A stretch of 64,000 nucleotides of DNA from Macrostomum lignano (lineage: Eukaryota). The DNA is taken from contig NIVC01000845.1 in assembly GCA_002269645.1 (NCBI GenBank), positions 1-64,000 on the forward strand. Direction: 5' to 3'. The translations under genes and the position numbers were made by a program. Below are positions 48,001 to 59,485 of this stretch, in pieces (position 1 is the stretch's first letter; the number at the start of each line of letters is the position of its first letter). The notes under the pieces were generated by a model, which did not search any database, was not told the origin of the DNA, and saw nothing but the letters and a program-made list of their open reading frames with translations.

Positions 48001-48580
48001 ATTTGGATTCCAACACCTACCTAACAAAAATGGGTAATAGTTATTAGATGTCAGTCCAGCACTGATAGGTGAGTTGAGAAGAGTAATAAACATGATAGAA
48101 CATACCTGGGATCAGAGCAGACTGACAGTTTTATCAAATCAAGGCGAATGGCACAGTAAAAACGCTTAAGAATGAAGAAAAGCCAATGCAACATTGTTCA
48201 CAAACAATTAGCAGTTACTCGGAAAGAGTGCGCTTATAAAAGGTACAAAAAAATCGAACGGCCACGAATGCACAAAGCTACTACTGTAAATATTATATAA
48301 AAATTGGGCCCAGCTGATGCATAAAAAGCTCCAAGAGGCGAAACCCGTCACCAAGAAAACAACACACAGAAAACTTGTCAGGTACTCACTTGTAAAAAAA
48401 GCTAGAAACAGGTATAATGAGTTGAGAGAGACCTGCTGCTGCTGCTGCTGCTGTTGATAGAAAAATGCGAGCAAAAATGAACATTAATACAGATTCAGTT
48501 GTGGAAGCGGCGGCACTTGACGAGCTTCTGTTTAATTGATTGATCTGTCTGATCAAACTCAGAAATCTCTGGCTGACTCA

Positions 48581-51500
48581 TCAGAACTGGGGCATAAACG
48601 GCAAGAACCTCTGCTGGTGAACTGCGCCTCCAGCTGCAGCGGCGGCCGCGCCAAGGTAAGCCGCAGTCAGGTGATCCTGACCACCTGTGGCCAGGTAGAC
48701 TGGCAGCGGCTGCGACGGCGGCAGCTGCAGCATCGACTGCGGCAACGGCGGCGGAAGCATCTGGTGCTGCAGAGCCTGGAACTGGAACACCTGCTGCTGC
48801 TGCTGCTGCTGAGCTGCCAGCTGCTGATAGGGGCTGCTATGGTAATGCTGCATCAGCAGTTGAGCCGGGATCTGCTGCTGAGCTGACAAAGTTAACAGGT
48901 TACCCCCGGCACTGTGAAAGTTCACGCCTGCAATTTGGTAGGATAATTTATTTGTTAGATGAGCCCCGCATGTCGGTGGCTGAGAGCAGTGAGGAGTTCG
49001 GTGGGTGGGATTTCTGTGCATGGTAATAGTGATGGGATTTCGGTGGATGGGAATAAAGATGGGATTTTGGTGGATGGGAAAAGAAAAGGGATTTCGGTGG
49101 ATGGGAATAGAGATGGGATTTCGGTGGATGGGAATAAAGATGGGATTTTGGTGGATGGGAAAAGAAAAGGGATTTCGGTGGATGGGAATAGAGATGGGAT
49201 TTCGGTGGATGGGAATAAAGATGGAATTTCGATGGATGGGAATAAAGATGGGATTTTGGTGGATGGGAATAAAGATAGGATTTCGGTGGATGGGAAAAGA
49301 AAAGGGATTTCGGTGGATGGGAATAGAGATGGGATTTCGGTGGATGGGAAAAGAAAAGGGATTTCGGTGGATGGGAATAGAGATGGGATTTCGGTGGATG
49401 GGAATAAAGATGGAATTTCGATGGATGGGAATAAAGATGGGATTTTGGTGGATGGGAATAGAGATGAGATTTCGGTGGATGGGAATAGAAAAGGGATTTC
49501 GGTGCATGGGAATAAAGATGGGATTTTGGTGGATGGGAATAGAAAAGGGATTTCGGTGGATGGGAATAGAGATGGGATTTCGGTGGATGGGAATAAAGAT
49601 GGAATTTCGATGGATGGGAATAGAGATGGGATTTAGGTGGATGAGAATAGAAAAGGGATTTCGGTGCATGGGAATAGAGATGGGATTTCGGTCGATAGGA
49701 ATAGAGATGGGATTTCGGTGGATGGGAATAGAGATGGGATTTCGGTGGATGGGAATAGAGATGAGACTTCGATGGATGGGAATAGAGATGAGACTTCGAT
49801 GGATGGGAATAGAGATGAGACTTCGATGGATGGGAATAGAGATGGGATTTCGAGATTGCAATAATCCCGAACAAAGATTAGCAAAATGACTCAGAAAATG
49901 TCCTACCGTTCAGCGGAGTATCAGATGACTCTTTCTTTCTAGTGGTGGGTTTAGCAGTTGCATAATTAACCTGGAAATCAAAATTCAGACTTGGTATTGT
50001 AGGCACGTCGAACTTTTTAGCCTGAAATTTAATAGTCATAGCTCGACTCGAACGCACGCTCACCTCAATCCTGCGACCGTTAATCACCACACCGTTCAGT
50101 TTCTCCCTGGCCTCATCTGCGTCGCAGCTGTTCAGAAAGGTGACAAAGCCAAATCCCTAGAATAGGGGTTCGGGCGAGAGGGTCGCTGCATCATTCGAGT
50201 CTGTTACAGATTTTATTGTGTTGACTAGTCCGCTGAAGCATTGGGCTTTGGTTGGCGGATAGGACCACTGGTCCGCTGAAGCATTGGGCTTTGGTTGGCG
50301 GATAGGACCACTGGTCCGCTGAAGGATTGGGATTTGGTGGAGAGGACCACTGGTCCACTGAAGCATTGGGCTTTGGTTGGCGGATAGGACCACTGGTCCA
50401 CTGAAGCATTGGGCTTTGGTTGGCGGATAGGACCACTGGTCCGCTGAAGCATTGGGCTTTGGTTGGCGGATAGGACCACTGGTCCACTGAAGCATTGGGC
50501 TTTGGTTGGCGGATAGGACCACTGGTCCGCTGAAGGATTGGGATTTGGTGGAGAGGACCACTGGTCCGCTGAAGCATTGGGCTTTGGTTGGCGGATAGGA
50601 CCACTGGTCCGCTGAAGGATTGGGATTTGGTGGAGAGGACCACTGGTCCGCTGAAGCATTGGGATTTGGCGGAGAGGACCACTGGTCCACTGAAGCATTA
50701 GGCTTTGGTTGGCGGATAGGACCACTGGTCCGCTGAAGGATTGGGCTTTGGCGGAGTTGCGATAAGCGACAAGAGCAATGATGACACAACTCCGCGACTC
50801 AATCTCACCTTGGATCCGCGATCATTGTAGATGATTTCAACATCCTCTATGTCGCCGAATGGCTGAAATGATTGGATTTTGGCGTGCAAAATTCAACGGT
50901 GGCTCTAATATATCATTTCTCTTTAAGTTGTAGAAATTCTAGAAATCGATAAATTATGTTTATTAATAGTTAGATAATGGGAACTAACCCCCAGCATTTG
51001 GCGAAGATCGCTCTCGCGGAATTTAAACGGTATGTTGCTCACGTGCAGTCGATTCTGGCTCCTGCTACTGCTGCTGTTGCTGCTGTTGCTGGTTGACTGT
51101 CCCTGTCGGGCGTGGGCGGGGCATACGAATACGATTATAGCTTCATGATATTTTAGTTATAAAACACGATCTTGTGTTAGAGGAGAATTCGAATAATCTT
51201 AAACACGACCGATGAGAGAAACGGCGGAGGAGAGGACTTAGGAGAGGGAAGAAAATAGAGCTGAGGATAGAGAGTGGGTAGAGATATAGGAGGGAGAGGG
51301 GGAAGCAGAGACTCAGTAGAGGGAAGTAAAGAGATTCAGTAGAGGGGAAGTAGAGATTCAGAAGAGGGGAAGCAGAGATTCAGAAGAGGGGAAGTAGAGA
51401 TTCAGAAGAGGGGAAACAGAGATTCAGAAGAGGGGAAGTAGAGATTCAGAAGAGGGGAAGCAGAGATTCAGAAGAGGGGAAACAGAGATTCAGAAGAGGG

Positions 51501-54500
51501 GAAGTAGAGATTCAGAAGAGGGGAAGCAGAGATTCAGAAGAGGGGAAGTAGATATTCAGCGGAGGGGGAAGCAGAGACTCAGTAGAGGGGAAGTAGAGAT
51601 TCAGTAGAGGGAATTAGAGAGATTCAGTAAAGGGAAGTAGAGATTCAGAAGAGGGGAAGCAGAGATTCAGAAGAGGGGAAGCAGAGATTCAGAAGAGGGG
51701 AAGCAGAGATTCAGAAGAGGGGAAGCAGAGATTCAGAAGAGGGGAAGTAGAGATTCAGTAGAGGGGAAGTAGAGATTCAGTAGAGGGAAGTAGAGAGATT
51801 CAGTAGAGGGGAAGCAGAGATTCAGAAGAGGGGAAACAGAGATTCAGAAGAGAGGAAGTAGAGATTCAGTAGGGGGAAGTAGAGATTCAGTAGAGGGAAG
51901 TAGAGAGATTCAGTGGGGGGAAGTAGAGAGATTCAGAAGAGGGGAAGCAGAGATTCAGAAGAGGGGAAGTAGAGATTCAGAAGAGGGGAAGTAGAGATTC
52001 AGAAGAGGAGAAGCAGAGACTCAGAAGAGGGGAAGTAAAAAGATTCAGTAGAGGGGAAGTAGAGATTCAGTAGAGGGAAGTAGAGAGATTCAGTAGAGGG
52101 GAAGCAGAGATTCAGAAGAGGGGAAGTAGAGATTCAGTAGAGGGAAGTAGAGAGATTCAGTGGAGGGAAGTAGAGAGATTCAGAAGAGGGGAAGCAGAGA
52201 TTCAGAAGAGGGGAAGTAGAGATTCAGAAGAGGGGAAGCAGAGATTCAGAAGAGGGGAAGTAAAAAGATTCAGTAGAGGGGAAGTAGAGATTCAGTAGAG
52301 GGAAGTAGAGATTCAGTAGAGGGGAAGCAGAGATTCAGAAGAGGGGAAGTAGAGATTCAGTAGAGGGAAGTAGAGAGATTCAGTGGAGGGAAGTAGAGAG
52401 ATTCAGAAGAGGGGAAGCAGAGATTCAGAAGAGGGGAAGTAGAGATTCAGTAGGGGGAAGTAGAGATTCAGTAGAGGGAAGTAGAGAGATTCAGTGGAGG
52501 GAAGTAGAGAGATTCAGAAGAGGGGAAGCAGAGATTCAGAAGAGGGGAAGTAGAGATTCAGAAGAGGGGAAGCAGAGATTCAGAAGAGGGGAAGCAGAGA
52601 TTCAGAAGAGGGGAAGCAGAGACTCAGAAGAGGGGAAGTAAAAAGATTCAGTAGAGGGGAAGTAGAGATTTAGTAGGGGGGAAGTAGAGAGATTCAGTAG
52701 AGGGGAAGTAGAGATTTAGTAGGGGGGAAGTAGAGAGATTCAGTAGAGGGGAAGTAGAGATTCAGTAGAGGGAAGTAGAGAGATTCAGAAGAGAGGAAGT
52801 AGAGATTCAGTAGGGGGAAGTAGAGATTCAGTAGAGGGAAGTAGAGAGATTCAGTGGAGGGAAGTAGAGAGATTCAGAAGAGGGGAAGCAGAGATTCAGA
52901 AGAGGGGAAGTAGAGATTCAGAAGAGGGGAAGCAGAGATTCAGAAGAGGGGAAGCAGAGATTCAGAAGAGGGGAAGCAGAGACTCAGAAGAGGGGAAGTA
53001 AAAAGATTCAGTAGAGGGGAAGTAGAGATTCAGTAGAGGGAAGTAGAGAGATTCAGTAGAGGGAAGTAGAGAGATTCAGAAGAGGGAAGCAGAGATTCAG
53101 AAGAGGGGAAGCAGAGACTCAGAAGAGGGGAAGCAAAAAGATTCAGTAGAGGGGAAGTAGAGATTCAGTAGAGGGAAGTAGAGAGATTCAGTAGAGGGAA
53201 GTAGAGAGATTCAGAAGAGGGGAAGCAGAGATTCAGAAGAGGGGAAGTAGAGATTCAGTAGAGGGGAAGTAGAGATTCAGAAGAGGGGAAGTAGATATTC
53301 AGCGGAGGGGAAAGAGATTCAGTAGAGGGAAGTAGAGAGATTCAGTAGAGGGGAAGTAGGGAGATTCAGTAGAGGGAAGTAGGGAGTTTCAGTAGAGGGG
53401 AAGTAGGGAGATTCAGTAGAGGGAAGTAGAGAGATTCAGTAGAGGGAAGTAGGGAGATTCAGTAGAGGGAAGTAGAGAGATTCAGTAGAGGGGAAGTAGG
53501 GAGATTCAGTAGAGGGAAGTAGAGAGATTCAGTAGAGGGGAAGTAGGGAGATTCAGTAGAGGGAAGTAGAGAGATTCAGTAGAGGGGAAGTAGGGAGATT
53601 CAGTAGAGGGAAGTAGAGAGATTCAGTAGAGGGAAGTAGAGAGATTCAGTAGAGGGAAGTAGGGAGATTCAGTAGAGGGGAAGTAGGGAGATTCAGTAGA
53701 GGGAAGTAGAGAGATTCAGTAGAGGGAAGTAGAGAGATTCAGTAGAGGGAAGTAGAGAGATTCAGTAGAGGGGAAGTAGGGAGATTCAGTAGAGGGAAGT
53801 AGAGAGATTCAGTAGAGGGGAAGTAGAGAGATTCAGTAGAGGGAACAGGGAAGTAGGGAGATTCAGTAGAGGGGAAGTAGGGAGATTCAGTAGAGGGAAG
53901 TAGAGAGATTCAGTAGAGGGGAAGCAGAGATTCAGAAGAGGGGAAACAGAGATTCAGAAGAGAGGAAGTAGAGATTCAGTAGGGGGAAGTAGAGATTCAG
54001 TAGAGGGAAGTAGAGAGATTCAGTGGGGGGAAGTAGAGAGATTCAGAAGAGGGGAAGCAGAGATTCAGAAGAGGGGAAGTAGAGATTCAGAAGAGGGGAA
54101 GCAGAGATTCAGAAGAGGAGAAGCAGAGACTCAGAAGAGGGGAAGTAAAAAGATTCAGTAGAGGGGAAGTAGAGATTTAGTAGGGGGGAAGTAGAGAGAT
54201 TCAGAAGAGGGGAAGCAGAGATTCAGAAGAGGGGAAGCAGAGATTCAGAAGAGGGGAAGCAGAGACTCAGAAGAGGGGAAGTAAAAAGATTCAGTAGAGG
54301 GGAAGTAGAGATTCAGTAGAGGGAAGTAGAGAGATTCAGTAGAGGGAAGTAGAGAGATTCAGAAGAGGGGAAGCAGAGATTCAGAAGAGGGGAAGCAGAG
54401 ACTCAGAAGAGGGGAAGCAAAAAGATTCAGTAGAGGGGAAGTAGAGATTCAGTAGAGGGAAGTAGAGAGATTCAGTAGAGGGAAGTAGAGAGATTCAGAA

Positions 54501-55771
54501 GAGGGGAAGCAGAGATTCAGAAGAGGGGAAGTAGAGATTCAGTAGAGGGGAAGTAGAGATTCAGAAGAGGGGAAGTAGATATTCAGCGGAGGGGGAAAGA
54601 GATTCAGTAGAGGGAAGTAGAGAGATTCAGTAGAGGGGAAGTAGGGAGATTCAGTAGAGGGAAGTAGGGAGTTTCAGTAGAGGGGAAGTAGGGAGATTCA
54701 GTAGAGGGAAGTAGAGAGATTCAGTAGAGGGAAGTAGGGAGATTCAGTAGAGGGAAGTAGGGAGATTCAGTAGAGGGAAGTAGGGAGATTCAGTAGAGGG
54801 GAAGTAGGGAGATTCAGTAGAGGGAAGTAGAGAGATTCAGTAGATGGGAAGTAGGAAGATTCAGTAGAGGGAAGTAGAGAGATTCAGTAGAGGGGAAGTA
54901 GGGAGATTCAGTAGAGGGAAGTAGAGAGATTCAGTAGAGGGGAAGTAGGGAGATTCAGTAGAGGGAAGTAGAGAGATTCAGTAGAGGGAAGTAGAGAGAT
55001 TCAGTAGAGGGGAAGTAGGGAGATTCAGTAGAGGGAAGTAGAGAGATTCAGTAGAGGGGAAGTAGGGAGATTCAGTAGAGGGAAGTAGAGAGATTCAGTA
55101 GAGGGGAAGTAGAGAGATTCAGTAGAGGGAACAGGGAAGTAGGGAGATTCAGTAGAGGGGAAGTAGGGAGATTCAGTAGAGGGAAGTAGAGAGATTCAGT
55201 AGAGGGAGGGAAGTAGAGAGATTCAGTAGAGGGGAAGTAGGAAGATTCAGTAGAGGGAAGTAGAGATTTTCAGTAGAGGGAAGTAGAGAGATTCAGTAGA
55301 GGGGAAGTAGGAAGATTCAGTAGAGGGAAGTAGAGATTCAGTAGAGGGAAGTAGAGAGATTCAGTAGAGGGGAAGTAGGAAGATTCAGTAGAGGGGAAGT
55401 AGAGATTCAGTAGAGGGAAGTAGAGAGATTCAGTAGAGGGAAGTAGAGATTCAGTAGAGGGGAAGTAGAGATTCAGTAGAGGGAAGTAGAGATTCAGTAG
55501 AGGGAAGTAGGGAGATTCAGTAGAGGGGAAGCAGAAAGGGCAGGGAGGGAGACTGATATCAATAAAACACAGCAGTGTAGAGCGAAGAAAGGGGAATCCA
55601 TTTCGTCGAAGAAATCAATAAATAACTAACTTGTCTATCCCAATCCCCTACCTTTGGCGAGGATGCGGCACTGGGCTTGCTGCACCCGGACCTAGTTGGC
55701 GCACATGCAGGCGTAACCGTGCCCGACGTGACCTGCGACTGAGGCTGCTGGGCCTGGGTCTGGTTAAGTTG
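48581..55771 (-). CDS. RBFOX: RBFOX/Fox-1 family RNA-binding splicing regulator
   Basis: Exons 55771-55652, 51102-50989, 50862-50809, 50156-50064, 49970-49907, 48927-48581. The RRM reads [21 protein letters not shown]|[18 protein letters not shown]|[31 protein letters not shown]|VNYATAK, followed by a Q/P/A-rich tail. The true 3' end may splice further. Confidence 0.93.
48995..49852. repeat. 27-bp minisatellite filling an RBFOX intron
   Basis: Unit GATGGGATTTCGGTGGATGGGAATAGA. Confidence 0.95.
50225..50750. repeat. 39/43-bp minisatellite with internal palindrome GGACCA-C-TGGTCC
   Basis: Fills the intron upstream of the 93-nt RBFOX exon. Confidence 0.95.
51290..55535. repeat. ~4.2-kb purine-rich satellite (AGAGATTCAG[T/A]AGAGGGGAAG[T/C], 21-23 bp) with higher-order duplications
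   Basis: Occupies nearly all of RBFOX intron 51103-55651. Confidence 0.97.
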
Positions 55772-55945
55772 CTGCAATTGGCGGCGTAGAAAAAATGAAT
55801 ATTTTTACGTGTCATCAAGAGGCATTTCATAAGCCAAAAACTTCCCAAGCTCGAGCTAGTTAATAAGTCCTTGTTAGTCGTCACGTCACTTCAAGTAGGT
55901 ATCGCAAGATCCCGGGTTTTCGTGATTCCGGGATTCAACCCCGGC

Positions 55946-56215
55946 ATACATGCGCAACTACTGGCCAACCTGGCCACTGTAAATTGTGGTAGACCAGGAG
56001 TAAGTCGCAAAAATACTCACCCAAAATACAAATGGTACTACTAACTAGATGACGAGGTATTTAGCCTTAACGAGACAGTCATAGTTACTCCTGCCGTTTG
56101 ATGTACTAAGTCGTTAATTTTGCCGTATGATGACTTCCTAGGTAAGTCGCATTTTTGGTCAAAAAGTAAGTCGCAGTCGCATGGCCAGTGTAAATCAGGG
56201 GGGTTGCGCATGTAT
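55946..56215. mobile_element. Small TIR element (MITE-like)
   Basis: Perfect 13-bp inverted repeat ATACATGCGCAAC / GTTGCGCATGTAT, with an inner ACTGGCCA / TGGCCAGT pair and TAAGTCGCA repeats. A similar TAAGTCGCA...TGGCCAGTG end occurs near 41515-41552. No TSD found. Confidence 0.45.
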
Positions 56216-56404
56216 GAACCCCGGGATCAGAAAAAACGGATTTTGAAGCTCTCGAGTTGAAATTTAAAGGGTAAATGCATGCTAGAAGTTATTTCGTTTC
56301 CTTGAAGAACTAAAATCTAACTTAGTACTTTTGAGTTTTTAATAAATTTACAGTTCATAATTCGTGTTTATAGTTTCGCAGCATTGCTTCTGCCATTTCA
56401 TTGG

Positions 56405-57415
56405 GGCGCTAGCCAAGCCTGCTGGAAAGGGGGGGGCGCCAAGCCTGCTGGAAAGGGGGGCCAAGCCTGTTGGAAAGGGGGCGCCAAGCCTGCTGGAAAG
56501 GGGGGCGCCAAGCCTGCTGGAAATGGGGCGCCAAGCATACTGGAAAAGGGCGCCAAGCCTGCTGGAAAGGGCGCCAAGCCTACTGGAAAAGGGCGCCAAG
56601 CCTGCTGGAAAAGAGGCGCCAAGACTGCTGGAAAGGGGGGGCCAAGCCTGCTGGAAAAGGGGCGCCAAGACTGCTGGAAAAGAGGCGCCAAGACTGCTGG
56701 AAAGGGGGGGCCAAGCCTGCTGGAAAAGGGGCGCCAAGACTGCTGGAAAGGGGGGCGCCAAGCCTGCTGGAAAAGGGGCGCCAAGCCGCCAAGCCTGCTG
56801 GAAAAGGGGCGCCAAGCCTGCTGGAAAGGGGGGCGCCAATGCCAAGCCTGCTGGAAAGGGGGGGTGCCAAGCATACTGGAAAGGGGGCGCAGGTGGCGCC
56901 AAGCATACTGGAAAGGGGGCGCAGGTGGCGCCAAGCATACTGGAAAGGAGGTGCAGGGGGCGCCAAGCATACTGGAAAGGAGGCGCAGAGGCGCCAAGCA
57001 TACTGGAAAGGGGGCGCAGCGCAGGGGGCGCCAAGCATACTGGAAAGGGGGCGCAGCGCAGGGGGCGCCAAGCATACTGGTAAGGAGGCGCAGGGGGCGC
57101 CAAGCATACTGGAAAGGGGGGCGCAGCGCAGGGGGCGCCAAGCATACTGGAAAGGGGGCGCAGGGGGCGCCAAGCATACTGGAAAGGAGGCGCAGAGGCG
57201 CCAAGCATACTGGAAAGGGGGCGCAGCGCAGGGGGCGCCAAGCATACTGGAAAGGGGGGCGCAGCGCAGGGGGCGCCAAGCATACTGGTAAGGAGGCGCA
57301 GGGGGCGCCAAGCATACTGGAAAGGGGGGCGCAGCGCAGGGGGCGCCAGGCATACTGGTAAGGAGGCGCAGGGGGCACCAAGCATACTGGAAAGGGGGCG
57401 CCAAGCCTGCTTGAA
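56405..57415. repeat. GC-rich minisatellite (GCGCCAAGC[CTG/ATA]CTGGAAAGGGG, ~23-37 bp)
   Basis: Two unit types in a left-to-right gradient. Confidence 0.95.
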
Positions 57416-58855
57416 ATGGGGGGGACATACTTTGCCTTCGGGATGCAAAAATTCGACCTTGGATTATACGGTTATTTGGATTGGAATCTTATTCTTGGAA
57501 ACTGAAACAATGGCTTTGCAATTTAGCAATGTTCTTATTAAGAATAAAAGAAAGTTTTACCTCAGTCAGCATCATCCACACTCTGTTAGTGAAATGAAGC
57601 GCTGACTCATCCAATTGAGGCCCGACAAACGGGCAAGGAGTGATTTGTTGAATAGTATACGCAGGTTGTTGCAGTGGTAGTTGTTGTTGACTTCGACAAT
57701 CGTACTTAGTAATATTATTTCTATTGACATTGTTGGCCAATAGTAAAGAAAATTCAGACATGGTTTATATACTAGTGATGTCGGTATATAATATAATATC
57801 AGTCCGTATAAGGTTAAACTTCTCTCCAGCTAGGTCTAGACTCTATTCTATTAGATAGTTAAAGAATCGAACTATATATAAAGAAAGGTCTATCGATTCA
57901 GGAGTTGGACCCTTGTTCAAGTTCGAGTTGTGGGCTTTGGGGGGGCTATGAGAGAAACTTCGGGACTGGGGTTCGAGATTGGAAAGGTGGACAGCCTGGC
58001 ACACTGTCAGGGATTCTTTTGCCCATAAAGCGAATTTCATCCAATCCGATTTCAGAATCCCCGCTACCCCTGGTCTTTTGCTTTCCTTCTCTCTGTCTCT
58101 CTTCCCGCTTCCATCCAAACACTGAATCCTAAATCCCAATCTATGATAGAATGTGTTTGGGAAAGCAGAACGAGCGACAGAGGGGGGAGAAAGAGGCCAG
58201 GCCATTGAGTTTGCACGAATTCTGGAATCGTAAATGCACAAACCCCGTTTATCCCCCCCCCACGGAAGGGGTCCTGTCTGTGTGTGTACACTCTTTAGTT
58301 TTGGGGGGACGGGATGGGGGGTTGCGTACACCGGATTGACTGGCCATTGGGGGGTGAGGGTTTGGCTCAGAAGTCTTGGCCTAACTTAAGCTTGGGGGTT
58401 TTACTAAACGCGAAGGAGACGCGCTCCCGCTCCCCACTCCGCACATAACACGGGCCCCGTCACCCAAACCCATCCATGGCAGTGTCTATCCATCGTTTAC
58501 GAACTGATGTAGGGAAAGTAGGCTTGGCTTGCCTTTAGCCTGGATTTGGAGGGATGAATTAGTGTGTCGAGTTAGTTGGAGGAACTTAAAGGGTGAGTGC
58601 CAGAGTGAGTCAACAGCGCCAAACCAAGCACAGCCTTTTTAAGTCCAATAATATGATTCTCCTCCCATTCTCAATCTCAATATCAATCTTCAGGAACCGT
58701 AACGCTTTACGCTTGACTGAGAGGACACTGAAACACAAAATTAGCTGAACTGAAATAAAGGGGTTTTATGTTATTTTGGACTCAATGCTCATTTCCCCTA
58801 CTAATTTAATTTTAAACCTTTGTCGTTACAACTTACAACAGACAGAAGTAAGTTC

Positions 58856-59130
58856 CAGGCGCGTCGCCACCGGAGGGGGGGAACAGGGGGGACATGCGCC
58901 CCAGTGAAAGCTTTGGGGGGGGGGACACGCCAATGCTTTGTCCCCTCCACCCCACTTTGTGAGTCGTGGTAATCGCCTTCGGCGCCAAAATGAGTACCTG
59001 CGGCGCTAAAAGGAATGCCTACGGCGCCAAAAGGAGTGCCTGCGGCGCCAAAATGAGGGCCAAAATTTAGTCATGTACATGTTGAATTCTTGGCTTTGTC
59101 CCCCCCCACCAATCAATGGCGACGCTCCTG
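58856..59130. mobile_element. MITE with CAGG..GTCGCCA termini
   Basis: CAGGCGCGTCGCCA...TGGCGACGCTCCTG. An inverted, truncated relative lies at 59702-59947. Confidence 0.6.
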
Positions 59131-59485
59131 GAAGTAACCGGGTTGGCATTGGCACCCTTTTTAACTTAAGGGCCGGCCAGATAACAACTGCGCCTGCGGG
59201 CCAGAGACCAGAGGGAATAGATAATATTTAAAATAGAAGAGCGAAGAGTGAGGGAAGATGGATGATGAGTCTCATGAGATAAGGAAAAAGAGAGCTGAGA
59301 AGAGACACACTACACAACCTAGAGCCTAGAAGAGGTCCATAATACACACTAGAGGGACGTCATAATATACACTAGAGCGGCGCCATACTGAGCAAACGAG
59401 GGCGAGGGGTCAGGGGGTGTTGAGGACCTTTTTTGAAAAGGCACCATCATCGCCTCACCAGCTAAAAGGGGACTGGGGAAGCGAA

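Noticed and set aside
49500-49670. UGCAUG autoregulatory sites for RBFOX
   Set aside because: TGCATG at ~49503 and ~49665 is on the + strand; the gene is transcribed from the minus strand, where it reads CAUGCA.
48948-49889. Overlapping 225-426-aa ORFs
   Set aside because: A 27-bp intronic repeat is open in several frames; only 48927-48581 is supported as exon.
56348-57448. Six overlapping ORFs on both strands
   Set aside because: GC-rich minisatellite lacking stop codons.
57843-58331. 162-aa minus-strand ORF as a transposon protein
   Set aside because: No RT, integrase, GIY-YIG or transposase motif is recognisable; it may be noncoding repeat sequence.
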